DNA from: Bacteroidales bacterium
Lineage (GTDB): Bacteria; Bacteroidota; Bacteroidia; Bacteroidales; UBA12077
Direction of reading: 5' to 3'
NCBI GenBank assembly: GCA_028282585.1
Contig: JANQHR010000144.1
Location: forward strand, 44,445-108,444
Length of the DNA stretch: 64,000 bases
This document shows, one piece after another, positions 1 to 9,830 of this stretch. The notes under the pieces were generated by a model, which did no database searches, was not told the origin of the DNA, and was given only the letters and a program-made list of their open reading frames with translations. Positions within the stretch are counted from its first letter, which is position 1. Each line of letters begins with the position of its first letter. A program made the translations under genes and the position numbers.

Positions 1-1
1 T

Positions 2-919
2 AAAACAATACAGAAGGAGATTACAAAGTATGACTTAAAAAAACTAAAAGATAGAATCAGTAATTTTAAAAATGATTATGAAAAAGAAAATACATCGCAA
101 GTCTATGCTGTAAATTTAAATGAAGGATCTATAGTTTTAGGAAGAATAACATTTTTTAAGCTTCAAGAAATTATACTGAAATCTGAGATTTTTGGAGAAA
201 TAAGTATTGATACAAAAGATATAGTTCAAATAAAAAAAATAGATTCTAAGCATGAAGAAATTTCATTTTTAGGGCAAAATCCACATTATTCAAGATATTT
301 CTACGCTCCATCTGCAATTCCACTAGATAAAGGAGAAGGTTATTTTCAGAATATTTATTTAATATTTTTATCGGGAAATTATGCGGTATCAAACCATTCA
401 ACAATCGGTGCAGGTTTTTCTATTATGCCAGGAGTGGCAATAACAGAACAAATATTTTTTGTAAATGCCAAAGTTGCGTATCCAGTTTCAGACAAATTTT
501 ATTTAGGAGCAGGAGGCTTGTATTTTGGTATGGGAGCTGTTGGTGGTAGTATTGGAATAGCTTATGGGGTAGGAACTTATGGCGGTTATAATCATAATTT
601 AACACTTGGAGTAGGATATGGATACACAGATGATAAATTAATGGAAACACCTGTATTTACTTTATGTGGAATGACTCGTATTTCAAAAAGAATTTCATTG
701 ATGACAGAAAATTGGTTCATTACAGTTTCATACCAAGAAGAAATTCCTCCTAATTACACTGATACGCGGACTGTTCGCAATTTTGAATGTTTAATTTCCT
801 ATGGTTTACGTTTTTTTGGGGATAAATTAAGTGTCGACCTGGCTTTTATGAATGTTCCCACAACTGGTGAGCTTTTCTTTCCGGGAATTCCATATATTGA
901 TTTCGTTGTTCGTTTTTAA
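2..919 (+). CDS. 5'-truncated hypothetical protein, probable outer-membrane beta-barrel
   Basis: The frame of ORF 425..919 stays open back to position 2 (KTIQKEITKY...NPHYSRYFYAPSAIPLDKGEGYFQN...). It has Gly/aromatic beta-strand patterns and a C-terminal Phe. Confidence 0.7.
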   Translation, partial: KTIQKEITKYDLKKLKDRISNFKNDYEKENTSQVYAVNLNEGSIVLGRITFFKLQEIILKSEIFGEISIDTKDIVQIKKIDSKHEEISFLGQNPHYSRYFYAPSAIPLDKGEGYFQNIYLIFLSGNYAVSNHSTIGAGFSIMPGVAITEQIFFVNAKVAYPVSDKFYLGAGGLYFGMGAVGGSIGIAYGVGTYGGYNHNLTLGVGYGYTDDKLMETPVFTLCGMTRISKRISLMTENWFITVSYQEEIPPNYTDTRTVRNFECLISYGLRFFGDKLSVDLAFMNVPTTGELFFPGIPYIDFVVRF

Positions 920-1160
920 ATCAACGAGGCCGAAGTTTCTATAACATAACATTAGGTACAACTAATTCTGAACGCAAAGCGAAGGAGTATCTCGTGGTTG
1001 TATGCAACTATTTTGAGATCGGAAATAAAGATGTTAGTACACAAAATCAATAAAATATTTCAGAGCTTACTTGGAAATTACTCATTTGACAATCCCTTCT
1101 ATATTTAATAACTTTATATATTCCAAAATCATAAGATATAAATTTAAAATAGGAGGTATC

Positions 1161-1376
1161 ATGTCTGACACTGTTTACAAAATTATTGAACTGGTTGGTA
1201 CCAGTACTGAATCTTGGGAAAAAGCTGCTGAAAATGCCGTATTAAAAGCTGCAGAATCTCTTCGTGACCTTCGTATTGCAGAAGTATCCGAATTAGATAT
1301 GCATCTAAAAGATGGTAAAATTGAAGCATATAGGGCAAAGGTAAAAGTCTCGTTTAAATTCGAAGGGAATAAGTAG
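1161..1376 (+). CDS. Dodecin family flavin-binding protein
   Basis: MSDTVYKIIELVGTSTESWEKAAENAV...YRAKVKVSFK is typical of dodecins. ATG 1161 follows AGGAGGT (1151-1157), so the TTG start at 1071 is rejected. Confidence 0.9.
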   Translation: MSDTVYKIIELVGTSTESWEKAAENAVLKAAESLRDLRIAEVSELDMHLKDGKIEAYRAKVKVSFKFEGNK

Positions 1377-1396
1377 TTGATGGATTAAACTTATTT

Positions 1397-1421
1397 AAAT
1401 CAGGCAAAAGCCTGATTTTTT
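1397..1421 (+). terminator. Intrinsic terminator after dodecin
   Basis: AAATCAGGC-AAAA-GCCTGATTT followed by a T tract. Confidence 0.85.
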
Positions 1422-1506
1422 ATTCTTATGGATAACTTTAAAATTATAACATTGAGTTTTGCTATAACTTGGTAAAAGTAACTACTAGAAGTATAAAATG
1501 CAAATA

Positions 1507-1520
1507 ATGACAAATGTCAT
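1507..1520. promoter_or_regulatory. Palindromic candidate operator upstream of the mce-mmd operon
   Basis: ATGACA-AA-TGTCAT, perfect 6-bp inverted repeat. Confidence 0.4.
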
Positions 1521-1693
1521 GAATACTATATTCGAATAAAATTTATTTTTAATAAATTGATTGACAGCAAATTATTTTTTAACTTGCGAGCTCGTTCGAA
1601 AAATATTCAAAAATCTTTTTTTATGTTAAAAAACAATATTTAAAAGCATAAATTTTAGCTTTGAAATAATTAGTCTGTTATGTCGATTATAGA

Positions 1694-1701
1694 TACTTTT
1701 G
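1694..1701 (+). promoter_or_regulatory. Bacteroidota -7 promoter box
   Basis: TACTTTTG matches TAnnTTTG, about 30 nt before the mce start. Confidence 0.55.
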
Positions 1702-1732
1702 CAGAAATCACAACTAAATAAATTTCCATTAT

Positions 1733-2143
1733 ATGAAACCTTCGCATATTGAACATATCGGTATTGCCGTTAAAAATCTTGAAGAATCAATCAAGTATTA
1801 TGAAGAGGTGTTAGGACTAGAGTGCTATAACATCGAAGAAGTTAAAGATCAAAAAGTTAAAACAGCTTTTTTTAAAGTTGGAGAAGTGAAAATTGAATTG
1901 TTGGAATCTACTGACCCCGAAGGGCCAATTGGTAAATATATTGAGAAAAAAGGTGAAGGAATTCATCATATCGCTTTTGCAGTTGAAAATATTGAAGATA
2001 AATTAAAAGATGCAGAAGATAAAGGTGTGAGATTAATTGATGCTTCACCAAGAAAGGGTGCAGAAGGTTTAGATATAGCCTTTTTACATCCAAAGTCAAC
2101 ATTTGGCGTACTTACTGAGCTTTGTGAAGATAAAAATAAATAA
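1733..2143 (+). CDS. mce: Methylmalonyl-CoA epimerase
   Basis: VOC fold motifs [29 protein letters not shown]; first gene of the decarboxylase operon. Confidence 0.95.
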   Translation: MKPSHIEHIGIAVKNLEESIKYYEEVLGLECYNIEEVKDQKVKTAFFKVGEVKIELLESTDPEGPIGKYIEKKGEGIHHIAFAVENIEDKLKDAEDKGVRLIDASPRKGAEGLDIAFLHPKSTFGVLTELCEDKNK

Positions 2144-2174
2144 AGATTGCAAATAATAATTTCTAATCAACGAA

Positions 2175-3734
2175 ATGAGCAAACAAGATAAAATTAAGCA
2201 ATTAATTGATTTAAGAGCTGAAGCTAAGCTTGGTGGAGGCGAAAAGAAAATCGAATCCCAACATAGAAAGGGTAAAATGACAGCCCGTGAACGCATCGAA
2301 ATCTTACTTGACGAAGGTAGTTTTGAAGAGTTCGATATGTTTGTAACTCACCGTTGTACTAATTTTGGTTTAGACAAGAAAAAGGTTTTAGGTGATGGTG
2401 TTGTTACTGGTGCAGGTACAATAGATGGTAGAGTTGTTTATGTTTACTCGCAGGATTTTACCGTATTTGGAGGGTCACTATCTGAGACTTTTGCAAACAA
2501 GATTTGTAAAGTTATGGATATGGCTATGAAAGTTGGTGCCCCAATTATTGGAATTAATGATAGTGGCGGAGCCCGAATTCAGGAGGGTGTTACAAGTTTA
2601 GCAGGGTACGCTGAAATTTTCCAGCGAAATATTATGGCTTCCGGAGTTATACCTCAAATCTCCGCTATTTTTGGCCCTTGTGCAGGTGGAGCAGTATATT
2701 CTCCTGCATTAACCGATTTTATTATGATGACTGAGAATACTAGTTATATGTTTGTTACAGGACCTAAAGTTGTAAAAACCGTAACTGGAGAAGATATCAC
2801 AACTGAGGATTTAGGAGGAGCAAACATACATGCATCTAAATCTGGTGTTTCTCATTTCTTATTGGAAGACGAAGAAGAAGGTTTACTCTTGATTAGAAAA
2901 TTGGTTAGTTATTTACCTCAAAATAATCTTGAAGAACCTCCTGTAATTGAAAATAACGATCCGATAGACAGATTAGATGATGCATTGAATGAAATAATTC
3001 CTGAAAATCCTAATCAACCATATGATATAAAAGATATTATTTATTCATTAGTAGATAGCAGTGAGTTTCTGGAAATCCATAGGCACTATGCAAAAAATAT
3101 TGTTGTTGGCTTTGCTAAGTTCGACGGAATGTCTGTAGGAATTGTTGCTAATCAGCCAAATTTCCTTGCTGGGGTGTTAGACATTGATGCTTCAAGAAAG
3201 GCGGCGCGTTTTGTTCGTTTCTGTGATGCATTTAATGTGCCAATTCTCACTTTGGTAGATGTTCCGGGGTTCTTACCGGGAAGTAATCAGGAATATGGAG
3301 GAATTATTACGCATGGAGCAAAATTAATGTTTGCGTATGGTGAGGCTACCGTTCCAAAAGTAACTATTACTTTAAGAAAATCGTACGGTGGAGCTCACGA
3401 TGTAATGAGTTCAAAACAATTACGAGGTGATATTAATTATGCCTGGCCATCAGCAGAAATTGCTGTTATGGGAGCTCAGGGAGCAGTTGAAGTATTGTAT
3501 GGGCGTGAATTAAGCGAGATTGAAGATCCAGAAGAAAAAGCTAAATTCATTGCAGAAAAAGAAACGGAATACAAGGAAAAATTTGCAAACCCTTATCAAG
3601 CAGCTAATATGGGATATATTGATGATGTTATCGAACCTCGCAATTCAAGATTCAGAATTATTAGAGCGTTTGAAATGCTTCAAACCAAGAAAGATATTAA
3701 TCCTCCTAAAAAGCATTCAAATATTCCATTATAA
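2175..3734 (+). CDS. mmdA: Acyl-CoA carboxyltransferase (methylmalonyl-CoA decarboxylase alpha subunit)
   Basis: [49 protein letters not shown]. Confidence 0.92.
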   Translation: MSKQDKIKQLIDLRAEAKLGGGEKKIESQHRKGKMTARERIEILLDEGSFEEFDMFVTHRCTNFGLDKKKVLGDGVVTGAGTIDGRVVYVYSQDFTVFGGSLSETFANKICKVMDMAMKVGAPIIGINDSGGARIQEGVTSLAGYAEIFQRNIMASGVIPQISAIFGPCAGGAVYSPALTDFIMMTENTSYMFVTGPKVVKTVTGEDITTEDLGGANIHASKSGVSHFLLEDEEEGLLLIRKLVSYLPQNNLEEPPVIENNDPIDRLDDALNEIIPENPNQPYDIKDIIYSLVDSSEFLEIHRHYAKNIVVGFAKFDGMSVGIVANQPNFLAGVLDIDASRKAARFVRFCDAFNVPILTLVDVPGFLPGSNQEYGGIITHGAKLMFAYGEATVPKVTITLRKSYGGAHDVMSSKQLRGDINYAWPSAEIAVMGAQGAVEVLYGRELSEIEDPEEKAKFIAEKETEYKEKFANPYQAANMGYIDDVIEPRNSRFRIIRAFEMLQTKKDINPPKKHSNIPL

Positions 3735-3745
3735 ATAAAAGTATT

Positions 3746-4120
3746 ATGATATCAATATTAGGCGATATAGGAATAAACTTTTCTGCAGCTGCCGGTTCAG
3801 GTGTTACAGTTGCGATAGTTGGTTGGTTAATTGTTTTTGCTGCTTTAGTTTTATTGGTAATTGTATTTTCTCAAACACCAAAAATAATTTACTATAACAC
3901 AAGAAAGAAACTTAAAGAAAAAACAAAACAAACGGTAGTAACCGACGATGAACTCCATATTGCAGGTGATGTAAGTGCAGCAATTTCTACAGCATTGTAC
4001 TTGTTTTTTGATGAGATACATGATGAAGAAAGTAATATAATAACAATTAAACGTGTGAGAAAAACATATTCTCCATGGAGTTCAAAAATATATGGATTAA
4101 GAGTTTGGCCTAGAAAATAA
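3746..4120 (+). CDS. OadG/MmdD family decarboxylase membrane subunit
   Basis: Single N-terminal TM helix, AAISTAL, HDEES, YSPWSSKIYGLR; operon position. Confidence 0.85.
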   Translation: MISILGDIGINFSAAAGSGVTVAIVGWLIVFAALVLLVIVFSQTPKIIYYNTRKKLKEKTKQTVVTDDELHIAGDVSAAISTALYLFFDEIHDEESNIITIKRVRKTYSPWSSKIYGLRVWPRK

Positions 4121-4130
4121 TTAGCATAAA

Positions 4131-4559
4131 ATGAAAAAATTCAAATTTACAATTCGTGGTAACGAATACGATGTTGAAATAAAAGAGATCGAAAATGATA
4201 TTGCCAGAATAGAAGTTAATGGAACATCATATGATGTTGAAATTCATCGGGAGAAGATTACAACAACTAAAACTCCTACATTGGTTCGACCAAAAGTAGC
4301 AGTAGATCGAAAGGAAAGTAAAATAAAGAAAACTGTAAGCAGCCGTGCTTATACACTAAAGGCTCCATTGCCCGGAAATATATATAAAATTATTAAACAC
4401 GAAGGTGATGAAGTTAAAAAAGGTGACATAATAATGATAATGGACGCAATGAAAATGGAAAACAATATTCAGTCGGAGAAAGAAGGAAAGATTGTTAGCC
4501 TAAAAGTGAAAGAGGGAGATGCAGTGCTTCAAAATGATGTATTAGCTGAAATCGAATAA
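4131..4559 (+). CDS. mmdC: Biotin carboxyl carrier subunit
   Basis: APLPG and AMKMEN biotinylation motif. Confidence 0.9.
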   Translation: MKKFKFTIRGNEYDVEIKEIENDIARIEVNGTSYDVEIHREKITTTKTPTLVRPKVAVDRKESKIKKTVSSRAYTLKAPLPGNIYKIIKHEGDEVKKGDIIMIMDAMKMENNIQSEKEGKIVSLKVKEGDAVLQNDVLAEIE

Positions 4560-4583
4560 TTCTTTATAAAGAAAAATGTGATC

Positions 4584-6083
4584 ATGAAAAAGCTTGGCTT
4601 ATTATTCTCAATTATTATATTTCTAGGAACTTCAGTTAATGCTAACTCTGATGAAATGGCTAATTCACTAACAAAAAGAAAGTGGATTAATAAATCAGAT
4701 GGATACAGGGTAAGCGAAAGGTCTGATAAAACATTAGAAAGATACAAGACAATAACATTTAATCAGGATAGAACTTTCATGTTGGATTCTATTAAAACAA
4801 AGTACACAGGTAATTGGAAAATTATTAGTGGAACTGTTTATATGGAGTTTAATAATCCTGAAATTAAAACTAAAACAGCTACTTTTAAAGATGAAAATCT
4901 TGTAATTGGTAAAGATTCTTTTAAACCGCGTTCAGGCGCGTTTGCCGGCTTAATAAACTTCTTTGAGTTTACAGGAGTACCAAATGCAACATTTGGCCAT
5001 ATTATGATGGTTTTAGTCGGGATCTTTTTTATATTCCTTGCGATACGCTACAATTATGAACCTTTGCTTTTAATACCTATAGGTTTCGGTGTTATCATTG
5101 GTAATATTCCATTTTTTCAAGCAGTTGGATTTGATTTACAACTAGGAATTTATGAGGAAGGTAGTGTTTTAAATTATCTATATTTTGGAGTTCAACGGGG
5201 TATTTATCCTCCGCTTATTTTTCTGGGTATCGGAGCGATGACGGATTTCTCATCATTAATTTCAAACCCCAAGTTGATGATATTAGGAGCTGCTGCCCAG
5301 ATTGGTATATTCTTAACATTTTTAGGTGCATTAGTCTTAGGTTTTACACCCGCAGAAGCTGGAGCGATTGGAATTATTGGCGGTGCTGATGGTCCAACTG
5401 CGATTTTCTTGTCATCGAAATTATCTCCGCATTTAATTGGTCCTATTGCGATTGCAGCCTACTCATATATGGCTCTCGTACCAATTCTTCAACCGCCTTT
5501 TATGAAACTAATTACAACTAAAAAAGAAAGATTAATTCGTATGAAACCACCACGTTCGGTTTCTAAACTCGAAAAGATCATGTTCCCAATAGTTGGTTTA
5601 CTGTTAACAGCATATATATCACCAAGTGCATTACCTCTCTTAGGTATGTTATTCTTTGGTAATTTATTAAAAGAATCTACAGTTACAAAACGATTGGCAG
5701 ATACAGCAAGAACTGCTCTAATTGATATTGTTACCATTTTGTTAGGTATTACAGTTGGAGCATCAACTCAAGCGGATGTATTCTTAACACCACAATCTCT
5801 ATGGATATTTGGATTAGGAGCATTGTCATTTATTATTGCAACCTGCGGAGGATTATTATTTGCCAAATTAATGAATGTTTTCTTAAAAGGTGATAATAAA
5901 ATTAATCCGTTAATTGGAGCTGCTGGTGTATCTGCAGTTCCCGATAGCGCTCGTGTTGTGCAGCATGAAGGATTAAAAGCAGATCCAACGAATCATTTAT
6001 TAATGCATGCAATGGCACCAAACGTTTCCGGTGTAATTGGTTCGGCAGTTGGAGCAGGTATACTATTAAGTTTCCTCATGTAA
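4584..6083 (+). CDS. mmdB: Na+-translocating decarboxylase beta subunit with an N-terminal exported extension
   Basis: EPLLLIPIGFG, GIGAMTDF, IIGGADGPTAIF, AYSYMALVP, GVSAVP, MAPNVSGVIGSA. Start is ATG 4584 or GTG 4578. Confidence 0.92.
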   Translation: MKKLGLLFSIIIFLGTSVNANSDEMANSLTKRKWINKSDGYRVSERSDKTLERYKTITFNQDRTFMLDSIKTKYTGNWKIISGTVYMEFNNPEIKTKTATFKDENLVIGKDSFKPRSGAFAGLINFFEFTGVPNATFGHIMMVLVGIFFIFLAIRYNYEPLLLIPIGFGVIIGNIPFFQAVGFDLQLGIYEEGSVLNYLYFGVQRGIYPPLIFLGIGAMTDFSSLISNPKLMILGAAAQIGIFLTFLGALVLGFTPAEAGAIGIIGGADGPTAIFLSSKLSPHLIGPIAIAAYSYMALVPILQPPFMKLITTKKERLIRMKPPRSVSKLEKIMFPIVGLLLTAYISPSALPLLGMLFFGNLLKESTVTKRLADTARTALIDIVTILLGITVGASTQADVFLTPQSLWIFGLGALSFIIATCGGLLFAKLMNVFLKGDNKINPLIGAAGVSAVPDSARVVQHEGLKADPTNHLLMHAMAPNVSGVIGSAVGAGILLSFLM

Positions 6084-6102
6084 AAACATAAATTTTTATT
6101 TG

Positions 6103-6131
6103 AAAGGTCAGTCTTATACTGGCCTTTTTTT
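6103..6131 (+). terminator. Intrinsic terminator of the mmd operon
   Basis: AAAGGTCAGT-CTTAT-ACTGGCCTTT followed by a T tract. Confidence 0.85.
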
Positions 6132-6183
6132 GTATATCTAAAATTAGTGTTGTGGAAATTATTAACAAACTACTTACGATTAT

Positions 6184-6191
6184 TATATTTG
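6184..6191 (+). promoter_or_regulatory. -7 promoter box for the citrate-lyase-type operon
   Basis: TATATTTG matches TAnnTTTG; flanked by ATTAACAAACT direct repeats at 6161 and 6201. Confidence 0.55.
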
Positions 6192-6229
6192 TATTTTATG
6201 ATTAACAAACTCTAAAAAATTAAACACGA

Positions 6230-7456
6230 ATGAGTAATAAAATTACCACAGCTGGAAATACCGGTAAAAAAGTTCGTTCAGATTGTTTTATCACTTTGGA
6301 ATTAAGAAATTCTGGTGGAATTGAAATAGAACAGAAGAGCAAAGTCCAGGTACTTTATGGAGATTCAAATATCGAACTTTGTAAAAATATCTTAACTTTT
6401 TTTGGAATAGAAAATGCAAAATTAGAATTGGAAGATACCGGAGCATTGCCTTTAGTTATAGCGGCAAGACTGGAAGCCGCAATCAAGGAGTTAATTAACG
6501 CGGATAAAGAATATCTTTTAGATCTAATTGAAGAAAATAATTATAGTTCTGAAAGGGAACAATTCCGTTTTTCAAGATTGTACCTGCCTGGAAATACACC
6601 GAGTATGATGTTAAATGCCGGTATACACGAACCGAATGGAATAATACTGGATTTAGAAGATTCTGTTGCGTTTAACAAAAAGAAAGAAGCTCAATTACTG
6701 GTTCGCAATGCATTGCGTGGGATCAACTTCTATGGTGCTGAACGAATGGTCAGAATCAATCAATTGCCTAAAGGGCTTGAAGACGTAAAATACCTGGTTC
6801 CTCATAATGTACATATGCTTTTGGTTCCTAAATGCGAAGGCGCTGATCAAATCCAGGAGTTAGAACAAAAGATAGAAGAGATTAAAAAAGATCATCAAGT
6901 AACCAACCCGGTTTATTTAATGCCAATTATAGAAAGTGCATTAGGCGTTGAAAGAGCATTTGAAATTGCTTCTGCATCAGAAAATGTTGTTGCATTGGCA
7001 ATTGGTTTGGAAGATTATACTGCAGATCTGGGTGCTAAAAGAACAAATGAAGCTGTTGAGTCATTTTACGCAAGAACTAGAATTGTAAATGCTTGTAAAG
7101 CAGCTAGAGTTCAGGCAATTGATTCGGTTTTTTCTGATGTGGGAGATATGGAAGCATTAAAAGAAAATGTGAAAGTATCGAAAGGATTAGGTTTCGAAGG
7201 TATGGGGTGTATTCACCCTCGCCAAATAAAGGTGATTCATGAAAGTTTTGCGCCGGAGACTGATGAAATTGAAAAAGCAAAAAAAGTCGTAAATGCTTTC
7301 ATTGATGCTACAGAAAGGGGATTAGGTGTGGTTTCGCTTGGAACTAAAATGATTGATCCTCCTGTAGTAAAAAGAGCTGAAAAGACAATTCATTTGGCTT
7401 TAAGTCTTGGTTTAATTCAGGAAAACTGGAGAAACGAATTTTTGAAAGAAGAATAA
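6230..7456 (+). CDS. citE: Fused citrate lyase ACP (CitD-like) and citryl-CoA lyase (CitE-like)
   Basis: The N-terminal ~90 aa are CitD-like (AGN..RSDC, LYG, DTGALPLVIAARLEAA). The C-terminal part is CitE-like (LYLPGN, LDLEDSV, IIES, GLEDYTADLG, IHPRQI, MIDPPV). Confidence 0.88.
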   Translation: MSNKITTAGNTGKKVRSDCFITLELRNSGGIEIEQKSKVQVLYGDSNIELCKNILTFFGIENAKLELEDTGALPLVIAARLEAAIKELINADKEYLLDLIEENNYSSEREQFRFSRLYLPGNTPSMMLNAGIHEPNGIILDLEDSVAFNKKKEAQLLVRNALRGINFYGAERMVRINQLPKGLEDVKYLVPHNVHMLLVPKCEGADQIQELEQKIEEIKKDHQVTNPVYLMPIIESALGVERAFEIASASENVVALAIGLEDYTADLGAKRTNEAVESFYARTRIVNACKAARVQAIDSVFSDVGDMEALKENVKVSKGLGFEGMGCIHPRQIKVIHESFAPETDEIEKAKKVVNAFIDATERGLGVVSLGTKMIDPPVVKRAEKTIHLALSLGLIQENWRNEFLKEE

Positions 7457-7486
7457 TTTAGTAAACAACCCAAATTAAATTTAGTT

Positions 7487-9052
7487 ATGGGACAAAAGTA
7501 TACAAACCTTGTTAAAAATGCTGTTGGACGAATGGTTCCGACGGAAGTAAATGGAGAAAAACAAGTTCCTTTTCAAGGAATAGGTAAATATAAACCCGAA
7601 GGTAGAAAATTCGGGCCAAAAATAGCTTCTTGTGCTGATTACCCTGAAGACGGTAATAAACAAGTTGCCTCTTTAAAAGAAGCATTGGTAAAAGCTGGTT
7701 TAAAAGATGGGATGACCATTTCAACACATCATCATTTTAGAAATGGTGATTTATTAGCTAATCAAATTTTTGATATTGCGAAAGAGTTGGGTGTGAAAAA
7801 TTTACGTTGGGTTCCGTCTGCTTCATTTCCTTGTCATGAACACCTTATTCAATACTTAGAAGATGGTACAATACATCATATTGAAGGAAGTATGAACGGA
7901 CCACTAGGACGTTTTGCTTCTTATGGTAAAATGAAAGGAATGGGAGTACTTCGTTCGCATGGCGGTCGTTACCAGGCAATTCAGGATGGAGAAGTAAAAA
8001 TAGATATAACTGTAATTGGTGCCGCTTGTGCTGACTCATTTGGAAATGCAAACGGATTATATGGGCCATCAGCAAGTGGATTACTAGGATTTGCTTTAGC
8101 TGATTCGCAATATGCCGATAAGGTTATTGTTGTAACCGACAATATGGTTCCTTTCCCTTGTAGTCCTTGGCAAATTCAGGGAAATCATGTTGATTATACA
8201 GTAGAAGTTGATCAGGTAGGTGTTCCTGAGAAGATTGTTTCAGGTACTACACAAATAACAAAGAGCCCTGACCGTTTATTGCTTGCAGAAATGACAGCTC
8301 AGCTTTGTTTAGAGGCTGGAATTATAAAGGATGGATTTTCATTCCAGTCAGGAGCGGGAGGAACATCATTAGCAGTTGGGGATTATTTTGCTAAAATTAT
8401 GCGTAAGAAAAATATTAAAGCTCGTTTTGCGCGCGGAGGTAGTAATAAGTATTTAGTTAGTATGCTTGAAGAAGGACTGGTAGACTATATATTGGATGGA
8501 CAAACTTTTGATTTAAAAGGAGTTCAATCTATGGCTGATAATCCAAATCATGTTTGGACAAGCCCCTTTACGAGTTATAACTACCATGGGAAAGGAAATT
8601 TTGCTGGTTTAGTTGATGTAGTAATTCTTGGAGCAACAGAAGTTGATGTAAATTTCAATGCAAATGTTGTTACACATTCAGATGGCTTAATGTTACATGG
8701 TATAGGAGGATGGCAAAATTGTTTGTTCTCTAAAACTGTAATTCTTCCGATTCCATTATTCAGAGATAGAATTCCTGTTATAATGGATGAAGTTACAACA
8801 ATTTGCGGCCCTGGGGAATTAATAGATGTTATCGTTACAGAGCGTGGTATAGCGATTAATCCAAAACGCAAAGACTTAATTGAAGCTTTAAAGGATTCTG
8901 ATTTACCGATTAAATCAATTCAGGAACTTAAACAGGAAGCGGAAAAGATTTGTGGTAAACCTGCAAAACCGGAGTTTGAAGATGAACTAGTTGCCGTAAT
9001 CAAATGGGTAGACGGAACAATCATTGATGCTGTAAAAAAAGTAAAATTATAA
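7487..9052 (+). CDS. citF: Citrate lyase alpha subunit (citrate:acetyl-ACP transferase)
   Basis: DGMTISTHHHFRNGD, RSHGGR, FQSGAGG, IVTERGIAINP, DGTIIDAV. Confidence 0.92.
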   Translation: MGQKYTNLVKNAVGRMVPTEVNGEKQVPFQGIGKYKPEGRKFGPKIASCADYPEDGNKQVASLKEALVKAGLKDGMTISTHHHFRNGDLLANQIFDIAKELGVKNLRWVPSASFPCHEHLIQYLEDGTIHHIEGSMNGPLGRFASYGKMKGMGVLRSHGGRYQAIQDGEVKIDITVIGAACADSFGNANGLYGPSASGLLGFALADSQYADKVIVVTDNMVPFPCSPWQIQGNHVDYTVEVDQVGVPEKIVSGTTQITKSPDRLLLAEMTAQLCLEAGIIKDGFSFQSGAGGTSLAVGDYFAKIMRKKNIKARFARGGSNKYLVSMLEEGLVDYILDGQTFDLKGVQSMADNPNHVWTSPFTSYNYHGKGNFAGLVDVVILGATEVDVNFNANVVTHSDGLMLHGIGGWQNCLFSKTVILPIPLFRDRIPVIMDEVTTICGPGELIDVIVTERGIAINPKRKDLIEALKDSDLPIKSIQELKQEAEKICGKPAKPEFEDELVAVIKWVDGTIIDAVKKVKL

Positions 9053-9061
9053 TCAGATATT

Positions 9062-9217
9062 ATGAAGTATAAATGTAAAATTTGTGGTCATATTTATGAT
9101 CCTGAAATTGGAGATCCGGATGGAGGCATTGCTCCGGGAACTCCATTCGAAGATATACCAGATGATTGGAAGTGTCCGATTTGCGGTGTAACTAAGAAAG
9201 ATTACGCACCATTATAA
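9062..9217 (+). CDS. Rubredoxin (51 aa, absent from ORF track)
   Basis: Hand translation [51 protein letters not shown], with two CxxCG motifs. Confidence 0.97.
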   Translation: MKYKCKICGHIYDPEIGDPDGGIAPGTPFEDIPDDWKCPICGVTKKDYAPL

Positions 9218-9222
9218 AAATT

Positions 9223-9254
9223 AAGAAGCAATCAAATTGGTTGCTTCTTTTTTT
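9223..9254. terminator. Probably bidirectional terminator between rubredoxin and tetR
   Basis: AAGAAGCAATC-AAATT-GGTTGCTTCTT followed by a T tract, between convergent genes. Confidence 0.8.
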
Positions 9255-9813
9255 AATTGATTTTAATACTATCCCAACTTGCTTGAATAGTTTTTTTAAG
9301 CAGTTGATCTGAGCTATCTAGTTCTTCTAAAAGAACCATTCGAGTAAAAGTAGATATATGCCCCATAACCATATTAATTATAAGGTTTACAGGTAAATCA
9401 CGAAGTACTCCAAATTTAATTCCTGATTCTAAGAAATCAATTGCAGATTGATAATAGGTTCTTGTTATAGCTTTTACTTCGTTTTTTACTAACGGAGAAT
9501 TAGCGTAATCTTCAAGTAAATCAAACTTTTTGGGATTGTTTAAATAAAAGTTGTACAGGTTCTTCCATAATAGGAAAAACCTTTCTTTAAAAGGGATATC
9601 CTGTTCTAAGTTTTCTGTAAAAGCAGTGCCAGATTCTTGTTTAATTTCCAGATATAATGTATTTATTAGATCACTTTTATCATTAAAGTAATAATAAATT
9701 GTACCTGCTGCGACATTTGATCTTTTGATTATTTCAGGTATTGATGTTCCTTGAATTCCTACTTCTGCGATTAAATCTAAGGTGCTTGTTAAAATAATTT
9801 CCCTCTTATTCAT
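9253..9813 (-). CDS. TetR/AcrR family transcriptional regulator
   Basis: N-terminal HTH (IIKRSNVAAGTIYYYFNDKSDL). Confidence 0.93.
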   Translation of the reverse strand: MNKREIILTSTLDLIAEVGIQGTSIPEIIKRSNVAAGTIYYYFNDKSDLINTLYLEIKQESGTAFTENLEQDIPFKERFFLLWKNLYNFYLNNPKKFDLLEDYANSPLVKNEVKAITRTYYQSAIDFLESGIKFGVLRDLPVNLIINMVMGHISTFTRMVLLEELDSSDQLLKKTIQASWDSIKIN

Positions 9814-9830
9814 AATTCAATTAAATATCC

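Noticed and set aside
951-1005. c-di-GMP-I riboswitch (ACGCAAAGC resemblance)
   Set aside because: The GNRA-capped P2 stem and its receptor stem are missing.
4440-4460. DAMKM instead of EAMKM in the biotin carrier
   Set aside because: Conservative change; the biotinylated Lys and its context are intact.
6150-6168. Rex operator TTGTGGAAATTATTAACAA
   Set aside because: It is 19 nt rather than 18, has mismatches to TTGTGAA-N4-TTCACAA, and sits in AT-rich background.
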